Shown: positions 19,109 to 29,639 of the stretch, piece after piece
Layout: the number at the start of each line of letters is the position of its first letter
Position numbering within the stretch: the first letter of the stretch is position 1
Source: Candidatus Poribacteria bacterium
GTDB taxonomy: Bacteria; Poribacteria; WGA-4E; WGA-3G
Length of the DNA stretch: 64,000 nt
Assembly: GCA_965205015.1 (NCBI GenBank)
Contig: OZ242029.1
Location: 3,040,001 to 3,104,000 of the forward strand
Reading direction: 5' to 3'
Translations under genes and position numbers: made by a program
Notes under the pieces: generated by a model
What the model was told of the DNA's origin: nothing
The model's database searches: none
What the model saw: the letters and a program-made list of their open reading frames with translations, nothing else

Positions 19109-20071
19109 ATGATTCGAGTAACGAAGCCAGAAGGTTTCGGCAACATCCAATTGGAAGAGGTGCCGATACCGGAAATCAATGCACAGCAGGTTCGGGTACA
19201 GGCGGACACGACCTTAATCAGTCGCGGTTCCGAATTGTTTCGACGGTATATCCGGGAAGAGGCTGTTTCACCGTCAATTATGGGGTACTCCCTCACAGGT
19301 GTCGTGGATGCAGTTGGCGAAGAGGTAGAAGATTATCAGGTGGGTCAACGCGTCATGGTTGTAGCACCACACGCCGAATATGTCGTTGCTGAACCGAATG
19401 CGACCGATGGACGCATCGTACCGCTTCTTGACGATGTTAGTTTTGAGGAAGGGACGTTTCTACCGCTTGCCACCAGTGCAGTCGCTTGGTCAGATTCGTC
19501 GGGTGTGAAAGCCGAAGATACCATTGTCATTCTCGGACAAGGCTTAGTGGGAAGCCTTATGATGCAGGTGTTACAAGGCTACAATCCCGCCCGAATTATA
19601 ACCGTGGATGCGTTGCCACTGCGCTGCGAATTATCGGCAAAACTCGGTGCCAATACGGTCATAAACGCTGAGGACGTCGATCCGGTGGAAACGGTTTTGG
19701 GTCTTACGGGTGGCAAAGGGGCGGATCTGGTCATCGATTGTGTCGGAGGCTACGCTGGGGTCAAATCGTTTGAGCAGGCGCAAGATATGACCTGTCGATT
19801 CGGTATTATCCAACTCATCGCGCTCTACCAACAGGCACCCTTACCTCTGCATTCCTCGAAGATGATGAGCAAACGTCTGGTTGCGGGTATTTTGACGGAC
19901 GAACCTCGTTCTCAAATTGCATCGCGCGCCTTGCAAAAGATACAGGATAACGAAATTCGCGCATCTGAGATGATCACCCATCGCTTCCACTATACTGAAG
20001 CGAAGGATGCGTTTGACCTTCTCTGGAATACTCCCGGTGATGCACTCGGAGTTTTGATGAAATGGCGGTAG
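19109..20071 (+). CDS. Zinc-binding (MDR) dehydrogenase family protein
   Basis: ISRGSE, GYSLTG, GQGLVG and GADLVIDCVG motifs. Confidence 0.85.
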   Translation: MIRVTKPEGFGNIQLEEVPIPEINAQQVRVQADTTLISRGSELFRRYIREEAVSPSIMGYSLTGVVDAVGEEVEDYQVGQRVMVVAPHAEYVVAEPNATDGRIVPLLDDVSFEEGTFLPLATSAVAWSDSSGVKAEDTIVILGQGLVGSLMMQVLQGYNPARIITVDALPLRCELSAKLGANTVINAEDVDPVETVLGLTGGKGADLVIDCVGGYAGVKSFEQAQDMTCRFGIIQLIALYQQAPLPLHSSKMMSKRLVAGILTDEPRSQIASRALQKIQDNEIRASEMITHRFHYTEAKDAFDLLWNTPGDALGVLMKWR

Positions 20072-20637
20072 ATTCCTTTCCACGAGAAGTCAACTTCCAA
20101 ACGGAATTGCGTGGTACACGGCTTAGCTTTTCTGCAACGTGGGGACTTTTTTCGCCAAAAGCGATTGATGCAGGAACGCACCTGTTGATTGAGCACCTCG
20201 ATATCCAAGCGGGCGACATCTGTCTCGATCTTGGGTGTGGATATGGTGCCATCGGTATCACGCTCGCGAAATGCGTGCAAACGGCAACCGTCTATATGGT
20301 GGACAAGGATTTCGTAGCGGTTGACTACGCCCGTAAAAACGTAGAACAGCATCGACTCCAGAATTGTCATGTTCTCCTGAGCAATGGGTTTAGCCATCTC
20401 CCCGATATTCAATTCGATCTCATCGCTGCGAACCTACCCGCCAACGTTGGTAAGGAACTCCTACAGATTTTTTTGACCGATGCGAAGCAGCACCTCAAAC
20501 CGAATGGACGGCTTTATGTCGTTACCATCTCAGGACTCCGAGCGTTCATCAAGCGTAATTTTCTGAACATCTTTGGAAACTATCAGAAGGTCAAACAACG
20601 CCACACCCATACCGTTGCTATGGCAACCCGTGTATAA
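20062..20637 (+). CDS. Class I SAM methyltransferase, RsmC/MTS small-domain type
   Basis: GLFSPKAIDAGTHLL, LDLGCGYGAIG and ANLPA motifs. Confidence 0.85.
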   Translation: MAVDSFPREVNFQTELRGTRLSFSATWGLFSPKAIDAGTHLLIEHLDIQAGDICLDLGCGYGAIGITLAKCVQTATVYMVDKDFVAVDYARKNVEQHRLQNCHVLLSNGFSHLPDIQFDLIAANLPANVGKELLQIFLTDAKQHLKPNGRLYVVTISGLRAFIKRNFLNIFGNYQKVKQRHTHTVAMATRV

Positions 20638-20659
20638 CTGTATTGCTTCCGCAGTGGAC

Positions 20660-20688
20660 TTGACATAAGCACACCCATCAGGTATAAT
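20660..20688 (+). promoter_or_regulatory. Consensus sigma70 promoter
   Basis: TTGACA-N17-TATAAT upstream of the 20744 gene. Confidence 0.8.
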
Positions 20689-20743
20689 TAATATTACAGA
20701 GACAACATATTCGTTCACTGACCCGCAAGGAGTAATTAAAAAT

Positions 20744-22276
20744 TTGAGGTTTTATCATCTACGCGGCTTTGTGTTTGTATGCATGGCGGCGATACTTCTT
20801 AATTTCGGCTTACAAGCAGCGACACCAGCGGACGCTGCGGACAAAACACAACGCACATTCGAGAACATGCTAAACTATCCGCAAGAGCATTGGTATAGTC
20901 TTACCTTGATGAACACCAAGATCGGCTATATGCACACGTCACACGGGCGAGGCTACCTCGCCCCTACGAAAACTGAGTATCAGGGAAAACAGGTCGCTCG
21001 GAATAAAACCGATATTGTTATGAACTTTAAGGCACTTGGGACTGACATAACAGTTGAAATTACCCGCGTTGAATCCATCGGTCCCGACTTAATGCCACTT
21101 CATTTCCTCTCGACCTCTAATGAATCTGGTTTAAAACAGATAGAAGGGCGGGTGATAGATGGCATCGCTCACGTTAAAACAACGCTCAACGGTGAAACGA
21201 CGGAGTCAAAAATTCCGGTGCCACCAGATACTGTGTCTGAGTATACAGGCGTTTCCTCACTGTTAACCCAGAAAGGACTTAAAACAGGCGATAAGCAGAC
21301 CTTTCACGTGTTCGTCTTCGATCTCTTAAAGCCTGTGAAAACGGAGCTTGAGGTTTTAGGAGAAGAGACTCTAACCTATCAGTCAGAGGAGAAGCGGGTC
21401 TACGTTCTGAAACAGACGATGCACATGATGAATGGTATTACCGCAAAACTGTGGATTGACCCTGACGGCGTAAACTATCGAACAGAGGTGCCGTTGATGG
21501 GGCTTTCCATGGTAACGACGAAAACCGACAAGGAAACTGCCCTTGAGGGGACTGAAGAGGTTGACGTTGTTTTAAAAACGCGTATCCTTCCATCTGGCAG
21601 GCTCCCGATTCCAACAGCAAAACACCTTGAGGCAGCAGTGAAACTCCCAACAGGGACCATCGCCGAAGTTGTTATGTCCACCCCTCGACAGAAACTTGAG
21701 ACAAACACTGCACGCGCGGGTAAACTCTCTATTCAGGTTCCATCAATTGTCGCTGAGGACTGTCCGAATCTCCCTATTCGGAATGCAGAAGGTGAATTCT
21801 TAACTGCAAGTGCCTATATCCAAGCCGATCATCCTGACATTCAGGCGCAGGCTGCGGATATCTTAGAAAACGAGGTTAATTCATGGCATGCGGCGGAAAA
21901 ATTATGTCGGTGGGTTTATGCCTCTATTCAGGATAAAAAGATGAGTGGGGGGTTTGCGTCGTCATTAACAGCCCTACAATCGCTCTCGGGAGATTGCACG
22001 GAACATACGGTGTTATTCATCGCGCTGGCGCGTGCTGCTGGCATTCCTGCACGAATCTGTTCCGGTATTGTGTTCGCAAAGGATGCGTTTTACTACCATT
22101 TCTGGCCCGAAGTCTACGTCGGTAAATGGGTACAAATGGACCCAACGTTGGACCAGACCATCGCTGATGCGACCCACATTCAACTCGGTGGAAGTATCTT
22201 GGAGTCGAACAATCTTATGGAATACGCAGCAGATGTTTTCCATACGCTCAATCAACTTGAAATTACGATCTATTAG
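20744..22276 (+). CDS. Secreted transglutaminase-like domain protein
   Basis: Signal peptide; GDCTEH...RAAGIPAR, YHFWPEVY and MDPT catalytic triad motifs. Confidence 0.85.
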   Translation: MRFYHLRGFVFVCMAAILLNFGLQAATPADAADKTQRTFENMLNYPQEHWYSLTLMNTKIGYMHTSHGRGYLAPTKTEYQGKQVARNKTDIVMNFKALGTDITVEITRVESIGPDLMPLHFLSTSNESGLKQIEGRVIDGIAHVKTTLNGETTESKIPVPPDTVSEYTGVSSLLTQKGLKTGDKQTFHVFVFDLLKPVKTELEVLGEETLTYQSEEKRVYVLKQTMHMMNGITAKLWIDPDGVNYRTEVPLMGLSMVTTKTDKETALEGTEEVDVVLKTRILPSGRLPIPTAKHLEAAVKLPTGTIAEVVMSTPRQKLETNTARAGKLSIQVPSIVAEDCPNLPIRNAEGEFLTASAYIQADHPDIQAQAADILENEVNSWHAAEKLCRWVYASIQDKKMSGGFASSLTALQSLSGDCTEHTVLFIALARAAGIPARICSGIVFAKDAFYYHFWPEVYVGKWVQMDPTLDQTIADATHIQLGGSILESNNLMEYAADVFHTLNQLEITIY

Positions 22277-22445
22277 TTGTCAGTTATCGGTTATCAGTTA
22301 TCAGTCACAAGAGAGGTTTGGTAACACGCATCGTTCTAAATGGGGATTGATACCCAACGAAGATAAGATTGTTAAAAAACCCCTCTTAACTGACGACTGA
22401 CGCCTCTAAAAACTGATGACTGACGACTGACAACTGATAACTAAA
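22276..22445. repeat. Heptamer-repeat palindromic element (intergenic)
   Basis: (CAGTTAT)n-CAAGAGAGG...CCTCTTAA-(CTGACGA/CTGATAA)n. Confidence 0.8.
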
Positions 22446-24800
22446 ATGGCATTTCTCAATCCATTTTTTCTTTTTGGACTCCTCGCCACCGGTATCCCCT
22501 TAGTCATTCACCTCTGGAACCGTCGTCGTGTTGTGACAATTGATTTTAGCAGTCTGATATTCATCACGGCAGCGCACCGCGAAAATGCTCGCCGATTCCA
22601 ACTCCGTCAGTTTCTCATTTTGCTGCTACGCATGGCAATTATTGCGCTCATTGCCCTCGCCTTGGCGCGTCCGTTTTTGACACTCGGGCTGCCGGTCGCA
22701 TCCGTGCGGGCGAAGACAGATGTGGTTATCGTCTTGGATCACTCTTACAGTATGGCGTATCAAGACATCAATGGCATCAGGTTCGACAAAGCGAAAATTT
22801 TGGCGACCGATATCATTGATACCTTGCGCCATGGCGATAGGGCTGCTCTCATATTAATGTCAGACATCCCGAAACCTGTCTTTCGGCACCTCACACCCGA
22901 CATTGAGAGCGTCACCGAAGCGATTAACGATACAGAAATTTCCTACCGCACTACGAATGTTCAGCCCAGCCTTGAACTCGCCCATGAGATCCTCACTGAA
23001 TCGGAACAACTCAACAAAGAAATCTATTTGATTTCGGACTTTGCCCAAAATGGATGGGAGAACTGGAATAGGCTTCCAAATCGGTCTGGTGCACGCATTT
23101 CTCTAATTCCGGTTGTTGAGGGTGAAGCACATAACATAAGTATTAAAGAAATTCGTCCGTCTCATCAACTAATAGGCGTAGACTTACCATTTCAATTAAA
23201 CGTGACGACTGTGAACCATTCAGTAGCACCTTCACGTCAAAATATACTCACACTGTTTATTGGGGGCGAGAAACAAAAGATCATGAGTCTTTCTGCGGCG
23301 GCGAACGAATCGCTGAACACCGCTCTAACATACAATTTTTCGACGCCCGGCACGCATATCGGTTACCTCACACTAACGGACGATCGCCTCAATATTGACA
23401 ACCACCGTTATTTTGCCTTGGATGTACTCGGTGAAGTCCGTGTGCTCTGTGTCGGTGAACAAACGGAATATCTGACGTTGGCGTTAAATCCACATACAAA
23501 TAGCCATCAGCAGTCAGCAGTCGACAGTCCGCAAGAGACTGGAATGGAAGAAGGGAAGGATGGAAGAAGGCCCGCCTCCCAATCTTCCAACCTTGAAACC
23601 TTCCAACCAAATGTCGACCGCCGATTGCTGACAGCCAATACAATGATTCTCCCAACGCAATGCACACCTGATGAATTTGAAACCTTTCCGTTGGAAGACT
23701 ATGATGTGATTGTCCTTGCGGACGTGCGGACACTATCACTCCGAATGCGTGCCCAACTTCAGGAATTCATTCGCCGTGGCAAAAGTATCATTGCCTTCGT
23801 GGGTTCTCACAGCGATCCGACAAGTTACAATCAACCTCAGAATGTTTGGTTACCTGCCCAACTGGGTAATCCGCTGACTTGGGTCCCGCCCCAGCGAGTG
23901 CAGGCGTATGAGGAAACACATCCTATTTTCGACATTTTTCCAAGCGAAGGATTCTCTATGCAATACGCCCCACGGTTTTACAGTGGCATAACACTGCAGC
24001 CTTCGCCGGAATCTAACGTTATCGCGCGTTTCGGGGATGATACACCCTTTCTCGTTGAACGAAGTCAAGGCACAAGTGCCGTGCTGCTCTATAACTGTGG
24101 CTTAATGGCGGTCAGCGGTCAGCAAGAACGAGTCACTTCACCGGAAAACCTTTTAACCGACAGCCATTACACAAACGACCTCCTCGTTAATCCATATTTC
24201 CTTCCGATACTTCAGCAGAGCGTACTTTACGCCGCAATAGCCAGCAATAATATTTTAACATGGGGCGGACATGTCGGGGATACCTATACAGCGCGCTACC
24301 CTCGGAGTGCGGGTGGAAAAGCGTCTATTCGTTTAATGACGGTCAGCGGTCAGGAAGAGAATGGGATGGAAGCATGGAATGGAAGCATGGAAGGCGGGAA
24401 GAATGCACACCCAACCTTCCAATCTTCCAACCTTCCAACCAAGATTCTTCCCATCGCCGAAGATGGCACACTCCGATTTCAAGGCACAGAACGTCCGGGT
24501 GTTTATCAGATCGAAGTGCGAACACAAGACGGAATCCAACGTGACTTTTTTGCCGTTAATGTGGATACGACTGAAGCTGAATTAACAGAGATCCCGCTAT
24601 CACAGGCGGCAGCACGCATCGGGGCGCAAACAACAGCAGGTCCGGAAAGCGGAGAAACAACGGTGGCGGCTGATGCCTACAACGTTAAACGACACGGCAG
24701 GGAGATTTGGGGTGAGTTGCTTGTTTTCGTCGTTTGTCTGATGCTGCTTGAAAGTTTTCTCTCGAATCGCGAAAGTGCCCTGACCGTAGGTGAATCATAA
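22446..24800 (+). CDS. BatA domain + vWA domain membrane protein
   Basis: MAFLNP..L.GL...IPLVIHL N-terminus, DHSYSM MIDAS motif, ISDF, C-terminal TM helix. Confidence 0.88.
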   Translation: MAFLNPFFLFGLLATGIPLVIHLWNRRRVVTIDFSSLIFITAAHRENARRFQLRQFLILLLRMAIIALIALALARPFLTLGLPVASVRAKTDVVIVLDHSYSMAYQDINGIRFDKAKILATDIIDTLRHGDRAALILMSDIPKPVFRHLTPDIESVTEAINDTEISYRTTNVQPSLELAHEILTESEQLNKEIYLISDFAQNGWENWNRLPNRSGARISLIPVVEGEAHNISIKEIRPSHQLIGVDLPFQLNVTTVNHSVAPSRQNILTLFIGGEKQKIMSLSAAANESLNTALTYNFSTPGTHIGYLTLTDDRLNIDNHRYFALDVLGEVRVLCVGEQTEYLTLALNPHTNSHQQSAVDSPQETGMEEGKDGRRPASQSSNLETFQPNVDRRLLTANTMILPTQCTPDEFETFPLEDYDVIVLADVRTLSLRMRAQLQEFIRRGKSIIAFVGSHSDPTSYNQPQNVWLPAQLGNPLTWVPPQRVQAYEETHPIFDIFPSEGFSMQYAPRFYSGITLQPSPESNVIARFGDDTPFLVERSQGTSAVLLYNCGLMAVSGQQERVTSPENLLTDSHYTNDLLVNPYFLPILQQSVLYAAIASNNILTWGGHVGDTYTARYPRSAGGKASIRLMTVSGQEENGMEAWNGSMEGGKNAHPTFQSSNLPTKILPIAEDGTLRFQGTERPGVYQIEVRTQDGIQRDFFAVNVDTTEAELTEIPLSQAAARIGAQTTAGPESGETTVAADAYNVKRHGREIWGELLVFVVCLMLLESFLSNRESALTVGES

Positions 24801-26845
24801 TGGCAGATTTTTTCTATGTCACGCGCCCGTTCGGAACTTTGTGCTTAATCGTTTTAATGGCAGTCGGCGGTCAGCAGTTGGCAGTCAGCGAGAGGAAACC
24901 TGTGTTAAACGAAAACTCCTTGGTTTCCGCCAGCCGGGAGCCGCCAGCCGGGAGTCACTCTTTAGAAACGATAGACGCTGCAGAAAACGAAAAAGCCGTT
25001 TTAGGAGATGAACCGAGCATTGTACGGAGCCTCGTAATTGATGGAAACGAGTCGTTTTCTGAACAGCAGATCCGTGCGCTAATGCGGACAGATGTGTGGA
25101 GTCGTTATGATGAAACCGTTCTGAAATCCGATCTTGAAGCGATTACACGCTTTTATCAGGAGAACGGGTACCGTTTCGCGCGGGTCGATGAAGAGCGGCT
25201 CTCTGTGAAGAAATTCGCAGACGGTGTTTATCTTGGCATTGAGATTGACGAAGGGCGTGTTGGTCACATCATCGTAACTGGTAATATACAGACGAAAGAG
25301 GACGTTATCCGCCGAGAACTCCTGTTTATGCAGGGCGATATCTATACAGAAGCGGATAGAGTGGAAAGCGAACAGATCCTCCGGCGCAAGACGTATATTG
25401 GTGCCGCAAAGGTCGACGCACATTGGGATGAATTGTCGAAATCGGTGACAATTCACGCGACGATTCGGGAACTTTTGTCCTTCCCATTTGGAGGGGATCT
25501 GAATCTCAACAACCAAAAGCGGTATTGGCTGCTACAATTTCGAGATCCGAACATGTTCGGGTCGGGGCAAAGCACTTTATGGCGTTATGAACGGATTAGC
25601 GAAGTCGGTGAAAAGACGCTGAGCCTTGTGAGGGGACGGTATAACAACCCACGACTTTTCAATTCGCACTGGAACTTTGATGGTGAATATATCCAGAAAC
25701 GGGACGGTGATTCTTTGCTTGTGTTATTAGAGCGTCCCCAATATACACTGAAAAGTCAATGGAGCGCAAGTGTACGTTTTTCTGAATCGGTGAATCCGAT
25801 ATATTGGTATGAAAACGCAAAGAAAACCGATACGTTTGAGCAAAATTTACAGGGAATCTATGCGAATGTCAGACGGTATTTTGGGGACAGACGGCAACAG
25901 AATTATATAGGGGTATGGGCGGCTTCACGGCGTTCAAAGTACGTGCTACTTGAGAAGTCGAGCGGCTCCGATGCAATGTTAGAGAACCGAGATATAAAAC
26001 GGGTCGGCTTCACCTTAGGTCGGCAACGCATTGCCTATCACAAGACCCGATTTCTCCGACGGATGGGGCAAGAAGAAAATTTCCTCATCGGTTCTCAATA
26101 CGCACTTTCTCTTGGATACGCTTCGCCGTTATACGCCTCGGACCGTTCAGAATCTTACGCGGAGTTGGCTTTAGTGTCCGGAGGGATGAACGGAAAGAAG
26201 TTCTTTAACCTGACAGCATTGGCGTTTAGCACAAACTTCACGAATCGGATTGAACGTTCTATCCTCCAGGCACAAACCGCTTGGTTTTACACAGATGTCT
26301 TCAACACAGGTGAGATCTATACGCTTGAAACCGGTTTTAGAGAGAATGGCCTCTTTGATTTTCATCAAACGTTTGTTGCGCAGTTTAAAACAGAGATGCA
26401 GTTTGGATGGAGTGGACGCAGCCAAGTGCTCTTAGGCGCATTCGACGGGTTACGCGGCTACGCCTATAGGCAGTTTAGTGGTGAAAAGATGATGTTGCTG
26501 AGCCTCGAAAGTCGAACGATATTCGGTGGAACAGTTTTCCGTAAAGTGGACGAAGCACTTGCAGCGGTCGCGACGGCTGTGGCGCGTCCGTTCAGCGACA
26601 GACGCGTTCATCTCGGCGTTATGTTGAGTGGCGTCGTCTTTGCAGATGTTGGATACATTTGGAACGGCAATCGCACTTTCAATTTACTAAGACCCAAGCG
26701 GAGCGTTGGGTTTGGATTGCGTGGGAGTCTCTCTCAGTTTAGTGGGACGGGTATTCTTCGGGTAGAATTCGCTTTCCCACTCGATCCACCCTTTGCGCCA
26801 TCGTTTAGACCTCGAATTTTCTATGGTCAGGAGCGAGCCTTTTAA
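24800..26845 (+). CDS. POTRA + Omp85/BamA-family outer-membrane protein
   Basis: IDGNESFSE and GNIQTKEDVIRREL POTRA motifs; LRGY, FADVG, terminal Phe; TAATG coupling with the upstream gene. Confidence 0.85.
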   Translation: MADFFYVTRPFGTLCLIVLMAVGGQQLAVSERKPVLNENSLVSASREPPAGSHSLETIDAAENEKAVLGDEPSIVRSLVIDGNESFSEQQIRALMRTDVWSRYDETVLKSDLEAITRFYQENGYRFARVDEERLSVKKFADGVYLGIEIDEGRVGHIIVTGNIQTKEDVIRRELLFMQGDIYTEADRVESEQILRRKTYIGAAKVDAHWDELSKSVTIHATIRELLSFPFGGDLNLNNQKRYWLLQFRDPNMFGSGQSTLWRYERISEVGEKTLSLVRGRYNNPRLFNSHWNFDGEYIQKRDGDSLLVLLERPQYTLKSQWSASVRFSESVNPIYWYENAKKTDTFEQNLQGIYANVRRYFGDRRQQNYIGVWAASRRSKYVLLEKSSGSDAMLENRDIKRVGFTLGRQRIAYHKTRFLRRMGQEENFLIGSQYALSLGYASPLYASDRSESYAELALVSGGMNGKKFFNLTALAFSTNFTNRIERSILQAQTAWFYTDVFNTGEIYTLETGFRENGLFDFHQTFVAQFKTEMQFGWSGRSQVLLGAFDGLRGYAYRQFSGEKMMLLSLESRTIFGGTVFRKVDEALAAVATAVARPFSDRRVHLGVMLSGVVFADVGYIWNGNRTFNLLRPKRSVGFGLRGSLSQFSGTGILRVEFAFPLDPPFAPSFRPRIFYGQERAF

Positions 26846-26949
26846 TAGTTGTCGGTTATCAGGTCGGCTTTTCCACGAAAACCCTTTCGGTAATCAGTTA
26901 GGAGGCAATTGTTTAACGAGACCTTCTTGTAACTGAAAACTGATAACCC
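26846..26949. repeat. Heptamer-repeat palindromic element (intergenic)
   Basis: AGTTGTCGGTTATCAG...AACTGAAAACTGATAACC. Confidence 0.7.
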
Positions 26950-26968
26950 ATTCAGAAAGAAAATTAGC

Positions 26969-28876
26969 ATGGTCCCCTCTTCGCAGACATCCAGCGAAAG
27001 TATCACATGGCGAGCCATCCTGTTAGGATTATTATCGCTGCCCCTTAATATCTATCTCGTGGTTCAAACGGAAACGGTGTGGACAACACAATATCCGACC
27101 ACAATGGCGATTTTCTTCAATGCCGTCTTTACCCTCTTTCTCGTTGCCATATTCAACCTGTTCTTGACACGCCATCTCCCGAAATGGCAGCTCACACAAG
27201 CAGAAATGCTAACAGTGTATCTCATGGTAACGCTGGCCTGCGTCGTCTGCGGGCATGACCTTTTGCAGGCGACAATGTGTGTTTTGGGGCACGCGGCGTG
27301 GTTCGCGACACCAGAGAATGAATGGCAAACCCTCTTCTTTCGCTACATCCCGGATTGGATTGCTGTCATGAATCGGCGTGCCTTAACCGGCTACTATGAA
27401 GGCACCTCGAATCTATTCGAGATGGAACATATTCAGGCCTGGCTCACCCCGGTATTGGCATGGCTTGTGTTCTTCTCGGCGCTGGCATTCTCTATGATGA
27501 TGCTCAGTGTCATCCTCCGTAAACAGTGGATTGAACACGAGAAGCTGAGTTACCCAATCATCCTGCTCCCTTATGAAATGACGAAAGATGCGGGGTTCTA
27601 TCGAAACCGTCTCCTTTGGATAGGGTTCGCTATCGGATGCGGGATCGATTTGCTCAATGGAATTAGTTTTCTCTATCCTTACGTGCCGAGTATCCCCATC
27701 CGCCACGATATTGGGGTCTTGTTCACAGAAAAACCGCTGAGTGCTATGGGTTCAACCCCGATTCATCTAAACCCCTATGCCATTGGAATTGGTTTCTTAA
27801 TGCCGTTGGATTTATCGCTCTCTTGCTGGCTGTTCTACCTTTTCTGGAAGGCACAACTCGTCTTTGGGGCAATGACAGGGATGAATCAGACACCGGGTTA
27901 TCCGCATATTGATATGCAGTCGACGGGTGCGTATTTTGGGCTCTGTTTTTTCGCGCTTTGGATAACACACAAGCACCTCTGGCAGGTTGTACGCAGTATC
28001 TTAGGTTTGAAAACGGGTCTTGATACAACAAACGAACCGATGGGATACCGGAGCGCGTTTGTTGGGTTCTTGCTGGGTATCGCAGTTGTGTTTGGATTTT
28101 GTTTGAAGGCAGGGATGTCGTGGTGGGGCGTACTTGGGTTTTTCAGTATTCAATTCATACTTGTTTTAGCGTTCACTCGGATGCGTGCCGAACTTGGAAC
28201 ACCAACGATGGATTTCTATCGTGCCGGTCCTGGACTCTTCCTGACTTCGCTTGTGGGTTCCAGAAAAATTGGTGCCCCAACGCTAACGGGGTTCGCTTTC
28301 CTCTACGGATTTACCCGTAATTACCGTTCGCAACCGATGCCGAATCAATTGGAAGGATTTAAACTCGCTGACAGAGGTGGGATCAACGTTCGTCAGATTC
28401 TTTGGGTGATGTGGGGTGCGACGGTAATTGGGCTGGTGATTGGGTTCGTTGCGTTCCTTCATGCGGGTTACTTACATGGTAATCTCGGCACATGGCGCGG
28501 GCAGGAGGCTTTCAGTGATTTACAACGCTGGCTAACGCTCCCGAACGACACGGACTGGGGACGCATGGGGTTTTTTGGTTTCGGTATCACCTTGACGCTC
28601 ACGACGCTCTTTATGCGGCTGCGATTTATTTGGTGGCAGCTGCATCCGCTCGCCTATCCGCTTGCGGGCAATTGGAACTTCGGTAGGCTCTGGTTTCCTG
28701 TATTCTTAGCGTGGGTACTAAAATCTATACTGATTCGTCACGGTGGGATCGGGGCGTATCGCCGAACACTGCCCCTGTTTTTAGGGACAATGCTCGGCGA
28801 ATTCGTGATGGGGAGTCTATGGGCAATTTTAGGACTGTTTCTCGGACAGCGGATGTATTCGTTCAAACATTGGTAA
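26969..28876 (+). CDS. Polytopic membrane protein, DUF6785/DUF6784 putative peptide-transporter-like
   Basis: Many TM helices; RKQWIEHEKLSYPI, RMRAELG and LHPLAY motifs. Confidence 0.7.
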   Translation: MVPSSQTSSESITWRAILLGLLSLPLNIYLVVQTETVWTTQYPTTMAIFFNAVFTLFLVAIFNLFLTRHLPKWQLTQAEMLTVYLMVTLACVVCGHDLLQATMCVLGHAAWFATPENEWQTLFFRYIPDWIAVMNRRALTGYYEGTSNLFEMEHIQAWLTPVLAWLVFFSALAFSMMMLSVILRKQWIEHEKLSYPIILLPYEMTKDAGFYRNRLLWIGFAIGCGIDLLNGISFLYPYVPSIPIRHDIGVLFTEKPLSAMGSTPIHLNPYAIGIGFLMPLDLSLSCWLFYLFWKAQLVFGAMTGMNQTPGYPHIDMQSTGAYFGLCFFALWITHKHLWQVVRSILGLKTGLDTTNEPMGYRSAFVGFLLGIAVVFGFCLKAGMSWWGVLGFFSIQFILVLAFTRMRAELGTPTMDFYRAGPGLFLTSLVGSRKIGAPTLTGFAFLYGFTRNYRSQPMPNQLEGFKLADRGGINVRQILWVMWGATVIGLVIGFVAFLHAGYLHGNLGTWRGQEAFSDLQRWLTLPNDTDWGRMGFFGFGITLTLTTLFMRLRFIWWQLHPLAYPLAGNWNFGRLWFPVFLAWVLKSILIRHGGIGAYRRTLPLFLGTMLGEFVMGSLWAILGLFLGQRMYSFKHW

Positions 28877-28878
28877 GG

Positions 28879-28950
28879 TGGTTATCGGTTGTCGGACAAG
28901 AGGTGTTCGTTTAACAACACCTCTTCACTGAAAACTGATAACCGACACCC
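28879..28950. repeat. Heptamer-repeat palindromic element between convergent genes; may act as a terminator
   Basis: GGTTATCGGTTGTCGG-AAGAGGTGTT...AACACCTCTT-CTGAAAACTGATAACC. Confidence 0.75.
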
Positions 28951-28951
28951 A

Positions 28952-29536
28952 TTAAAGTTCTTTGTTCTGGTCAAGCTGTTGTGTCCGAATCTCTTGGAGG
29001 ATTTCCACAACAGTCTCCATTTGCGCTTCAAGTTTGGCAATACGCTGTTCAACAGATGTCGCCTCCTCATCCTCGTCTGAGATGATCTCAACGGTCTCAG
29101 GGGCATCCGCATTATTTTCTTGTGTCTGTCCGCTCCAAACATCTTTGAGGAAAGAGGGCATTGATTGCCGCACAACTTCGCTGACATCTTTCAACTCATC
29201 GCCGATCGTTTTCTTGATGTGCGTGAAGTCGACGAAATCATCAGCGCAGCTTTCTTTAACGTAGGCAGCGACTTGGTGGCAGGCGAAGCAAATATCGCCA
29301 AGGGATGCCTCATCGTTCTCCAAAGGTTCAAATAGATCCTCGGGCACTGCCCCGAGATCGGTCAGGAGTTCAAGGGCGTTGTTAAACTGTCGAGCGCATC
29401 GCTCCTCACTCCCTGAAAATTGATCCGTAATCGCTGAGGTCTCTATGATGCGTGCAGTCATTTCCAATAGCCTCAGAATCTGGCGAATTTCCTTCTGCCG
29501 ACGGATTTCCTTCTGGGCTTCACGTTCGTTAGACAT
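28952..29536 (-). CDS. Hypothetical acidic helical protein with C-terminal coiled coil
   Basis: 194-aa ORF with AGGAG RBS. Confidence 0.7.
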   Translation of the reverse strand: MSNEREAQKEIRRQKEIRQILRLLEMTARIIETSAITDQFSGSEERCARQFNNALELLTDLGAVPEDLFEPLENDEASLGDICFACHQVAAYVKESCADDFVDFTHIKKTIGDELKDVSEVVRQSMPSFLKDVWSGQTQENNADAPETVEIISDEDEEATSVEQRIAKLEAQMETVVEILQEIRTQQLDQNKEL

Positions 29537-29639
29537 GATTTTCTCCTATTGTCCGGCAAGCCTCTATAGGAGACCTGCGCTTATGGATTTGCCTATATAG
29601 AGTCCCTTAAGATAGAAAAGGATAGTAAAAAATTCAAAA

